A stretch of 62,335 nucleotides of DNA, the filler included. It is 5 parts of 5 records of this genome, joined end to end, with 100 filler letters (N's around TTAATTAATTAA, not from the genome) between each part and the next. Parts side by side here need not be neighbours in the genome. Positions count along the whole stretch, not along the records: positions 56,652 to 62,335 come from SRR20825006_1474; 4 more parts are not named here. One strand, 5' to 3'. The notes below the pieces were generated by a model. That model searched no databases, had not been told where the DNA came from, and saw nothing but the letters and a program-made list of their open reading frames with translations. Below are positions 60,127 to 62,335 of the stretch, piece by piece (the first letter of the stretch is position 1; each line of letters starts with the position of its first letter). The translations under genes were made by a program, and so were the position numbers.

Positions 60127-60672
60127 TCACTTTTTCAGGATGGCGCTGGTGATGACATTGAACAGATGATCCGCACGTGGTGCCGATGATGGCTGATCGC
60201 CAAGCCAGGCAAGTGCGCCCACCATCGCAAACAGGTCTCCGCCATCAATATCGGTGCGTGCGACGCCTTTTTCCTGTGCCCGGACAAGAAGCCTTGTCCC
60301 CGCGGCTTTCATGGTAACGCACGACGCATGAAGAGCGGACTCTTCATCCTCAATGGCGGCCACCATCGCGGCAATGACGCCGCGATAGTCGTTCGCGCAC
60401 GCAACAAGATCACGTAACCACGATACCAGCGCATCATCCGGCGAACTTGCGGTTTCGCGTTCGCGCGCTGATTCTTTCAGCCCGTCAAAGCTCTCGCGAA
60501 GCAGGGTTTCAAGCAGTGCCTCGCGCGTTGGAAAATGTCGGTACAGCGTACCAAGTCCCACCCCGGCTTTGCGGGCGATGTCGCGCAAAGATGCTTCCGC
60601 CCCCTGATCCTTGACAACCTCTCGCGCGATGGCAAGCAGATGTTCGTAGTTCTTCTTTGCGTCGGCTCGCAT
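60127..60672 (-). CDS. TetR family regulator
   Basis: MRADAKKN, IARKAGVGLGTLYRHFPTREALL. Confidence 0.92.
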   Translation of the reverse strand: MRADAKKNYEHLLAIAREVVKDQGAEASLRDIARKAGVGLGTLYRHFPTREALLETLLRESFDGLKESARERETASSPDDALVSWLRDLVACANDYRGVIAAMVAAIEDEESALHASCVTMKAAGTRLLVRAQEKGVARTDIDGGDLFAMVGALAWLGDQPSSAPRADHLFNVITSAILKK

Positions 60673-60689
60673 ATGTTCCTCTTGACAAA

Positions 60690-60725
60690 CGGAGCACTGC
60701 TCCATAAATGCGGATCAGTGCTCCG
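60690..60725. promoter_or_regulatory. tandem TetR-type operators in divergent promoter
   Basis: CGGAGCA-C-TGCTCC and CGGATCA-G-TGCTCCG next to TTGACA. Confidence 0.75.
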
Positions 60726-60764
60726 ATTATGGATAGCATATATGCGATGAAAGAAGAAGCAGTG

Positions 60765-61781
60765 ATGACAAAGATGATGAAGGCGGTCCGTCAGCACGCG
60801 TTCGGCGGGCCCGAGGTCATGCGCTACGAGGACGCGCCGATACCTGATCCGGGACCGGGTGAAATAAGGGTCCGGGTGCACGCGGTCGGGATTAATCCCC
60901 CTGATTGGTATCTGCGTGATGGCTACAGGATGCTTCCGCCGGAATGGCAGCCGCAAATATCCTTCCCGGTGATACTTGGAACCGACATATCAGGTGTCGT
61001 TGACGCCGTTTCTGATGATGTTACCGGCTTTGCGCCAGAAGACGACGTTTACGCCATGGTTCGTTTCCCGTCGGGTCTTGCCGGGGGAAGCAGGGCCTAT
61101 GCGCAATATGTCACGGTCCCTGCATCGGAAGCCGCGCCCAAGCCGGACGGGATTGATCATGTGCATGCGGCGGGGGTACCAATGTCGCTTCTGACCGCTT
61201 GGCAGTTCCTGGTTGATCTGGGACATGACGAACCAAATCCGCTTCAGTCCTATCAGCATAAGCCGGTTGAACTTTCGGGGAAAACCGTTCTGGTGAATGG
61301 CGCTGCCGGTGGTGTTGGGCATTTTGCCGTGCAGGTCGCAAAACTCAAGGGTGCCAGGGTCATCGCGGTTGCGTCTGGCAAACACGAGGCGCTTCTGCGC
61401 GACTTGGGGGCTGACGAGTTTATCGATTATACGAAAACCCCACCCGAAGACGTCGTGCGGGATCTTGATCTTGTGATTGATGCCCTTGGCGGACCGACCG
61501 CCGGGCGTTTCCTGCCCACGATCAAACGGGGTGGTGCCCTTTTCCCGGTGTTCCCGCTGGGCTTTTCCAGTCACGAAGAAGCCGAAAAGCTTGGCATTAC
61601 GGTATCGGCAACGCAGGTTCGCTCGAACGGTGATCAATTGGCGGAGCTTGCCGGTCTGCTGAGTGACGGCACAGTTCGCGTCGTGCTCGACAGCACATAC
61701 CCGCTTGCCGATGCCCGCAAGGCTCATGAACGTGCGGCCAAAGGGCACATTCAGGGCAAGATCGTGCTTGTGGTGGAATGA
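60765..61781 (+). CDS. NADPH:quinone oxidoreductase-like MDR enzyme
   Basis: GGPEV, GINPPDW, NGAAGGVGHFAVQ.AK, GKIVL. Confidence 0.9.
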   Translation: MTKMMKAVRQHAFGGPEVMRYEDAPIPDPGPGEIRVRVHAVGINPPDWYLRDGYRMLPPEWQPQISFPVILGTDISGVVDAVSDDVTGFAPEDDVYAMVRFPSGLAGGSRAYAQYVTVPASEAAPKPDGIDHVHAAGVPMSLLTAWQFLVDLGHDEPNPLQSYQHKPVELSGKTVLVNGAAGGVGHFAVQVAKLKGARVIAVASGKHEALLRDLGADEFIDYTKTPPEDVVRDLDLVIDALGGPTAGRFLPTIKRGGALFPVFPLGFSSHEEAEKLGITVSATQVRSNGDQLAELAGLLSDGTVRVVLDSTYPLADARKAHERAAKGHIQGKIVLVVE

Positions 61782-61782
61782 C

Positions 61783-62082
61783 ATGATCATCCTGATGGGG
61801 CACATTCATGTTGATCCACATGAAATTGATCAGTTCATCGCCGACGTTCAGGTGATCGCGCGCAATGCAAAACCCGAAAAAGGCTGTCTTTTTTATGCGG
61901 TTAATCCTGATGCGGCATGCCCGGGGCGTCTCGTGATTGCCGAACGTTGGCGCGATCAATCGTCATTGAAAGCCCATCTTGAAACACCAGAGGTTTTAGA
62001 CTTCGTGCATAACTGGCAAGGCAGGATGAGAAGCGGGATACAGCAATATCAGGCCACGCACGAAGAAACATTCTTGGGCTGA
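61783..62082 (+). CDS. antibiotic biosynthesis monooxygenase (ABM) family protein
   Basis: EKGCLFY, IAERWRD..SLKAHL.TP; starts immediately after the oxidoreductase stop. Confidence 0.8.
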   Translation: MIILMGHIHVDPHEIDQFIADVQVIARNAKPEKGCLFYAVNPDAACPGRLVIAERWRDQSSLKAHLETPEVLDFVHNWQGRMRSGIQQYQATHEETFLG

Positions 62083-62223
62083 GTTTTGTTCTCAGGGTTC
62101 GCATACAGCAAGCAAAGCCTTTGCGGGCTTTCTTGTGACCCTGAAAGGCTCAGGGGCGCAGCTTTATAAAAGCGCGCCCCCTTGCTCCCTTGTCTACCCG
62201 GATATCCGGGTGATCGCCTGTTG

Positions 62224-62335
62224 TCAGGCGATTTCTTCGACCCGATGGCACGCCACCTCGCGGCCTTCATACATGCGCAATTCAGGACGAACCTGTGCGC
62301 AATGGTCGGTCGCAAACGGGCAGCGTTTATGAAAC
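62224..62335 (-). CDS. C-terminus of oligopeptide/dipeptide ABC ATPase, cut by window edge
   Basis: FHKRCPFATDHC...PEL.......VACHRVEEIA* matches the oligo_HPY C-terminal pattern. Confidence 0.8.
   Translation of the reverse strand, partial: FHKRCPFATDHCAQVRPELRMYEGREVACHRVEEIA

Overview
The window is not one continuous genome. It is five assembly fragments joined by 100-nt artificial spacers (N44-TTAATTAATTAA-N44) at 14783-14882, 32288-32387, 51160-51259 and 56552-56651. Fragments 1, 2 and 4 look gammaproteobacterial (Alcanivorax-like by inference). They carry argG, gloA-rimB-rimK, sat, MscS, LpxO-like, PraB-like, RhlE, a porin/Prx/TonB block, an IclR-thioesterase-acyl-CoA ligase cluster around an AcrAB-OprM pump, fabAB and ccmF. 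Fragment 3 is alphaproteobacterial (carB, RTX protein, greA, lrp, ahpC and others). Fragment 5 is a second alphaproteobacterial piece (fumC, DUF2946/PCuAC copper module, TetR-oxidoreductase). I saw no rRNA, tRNA, CRISPR array or transposase. The best leads are: (i) an orphan two-gene cassette behind ahpC, a 667-aa protein with a transglutaminase/papain-like Cys motif plus a 215-aa partner; (ii) a micro-operon missed by the ORF track, a 57-aa ribbon-helix-helix protein plus a 35-aa peptide with 16 Lys, behind a palindromic operator; (iii) three intergenic hairpin elements with CG every 7 nt; (iv) a CxxC/RAPP ribosome-arrest leader upstream of a copper chaperone; (v) a 1-Cys peroxiredoxin with an apparent signal peptide coupled to a YncD/PqqU-like receptor. 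All family assignments come from motif recognition by eye, not database searches.
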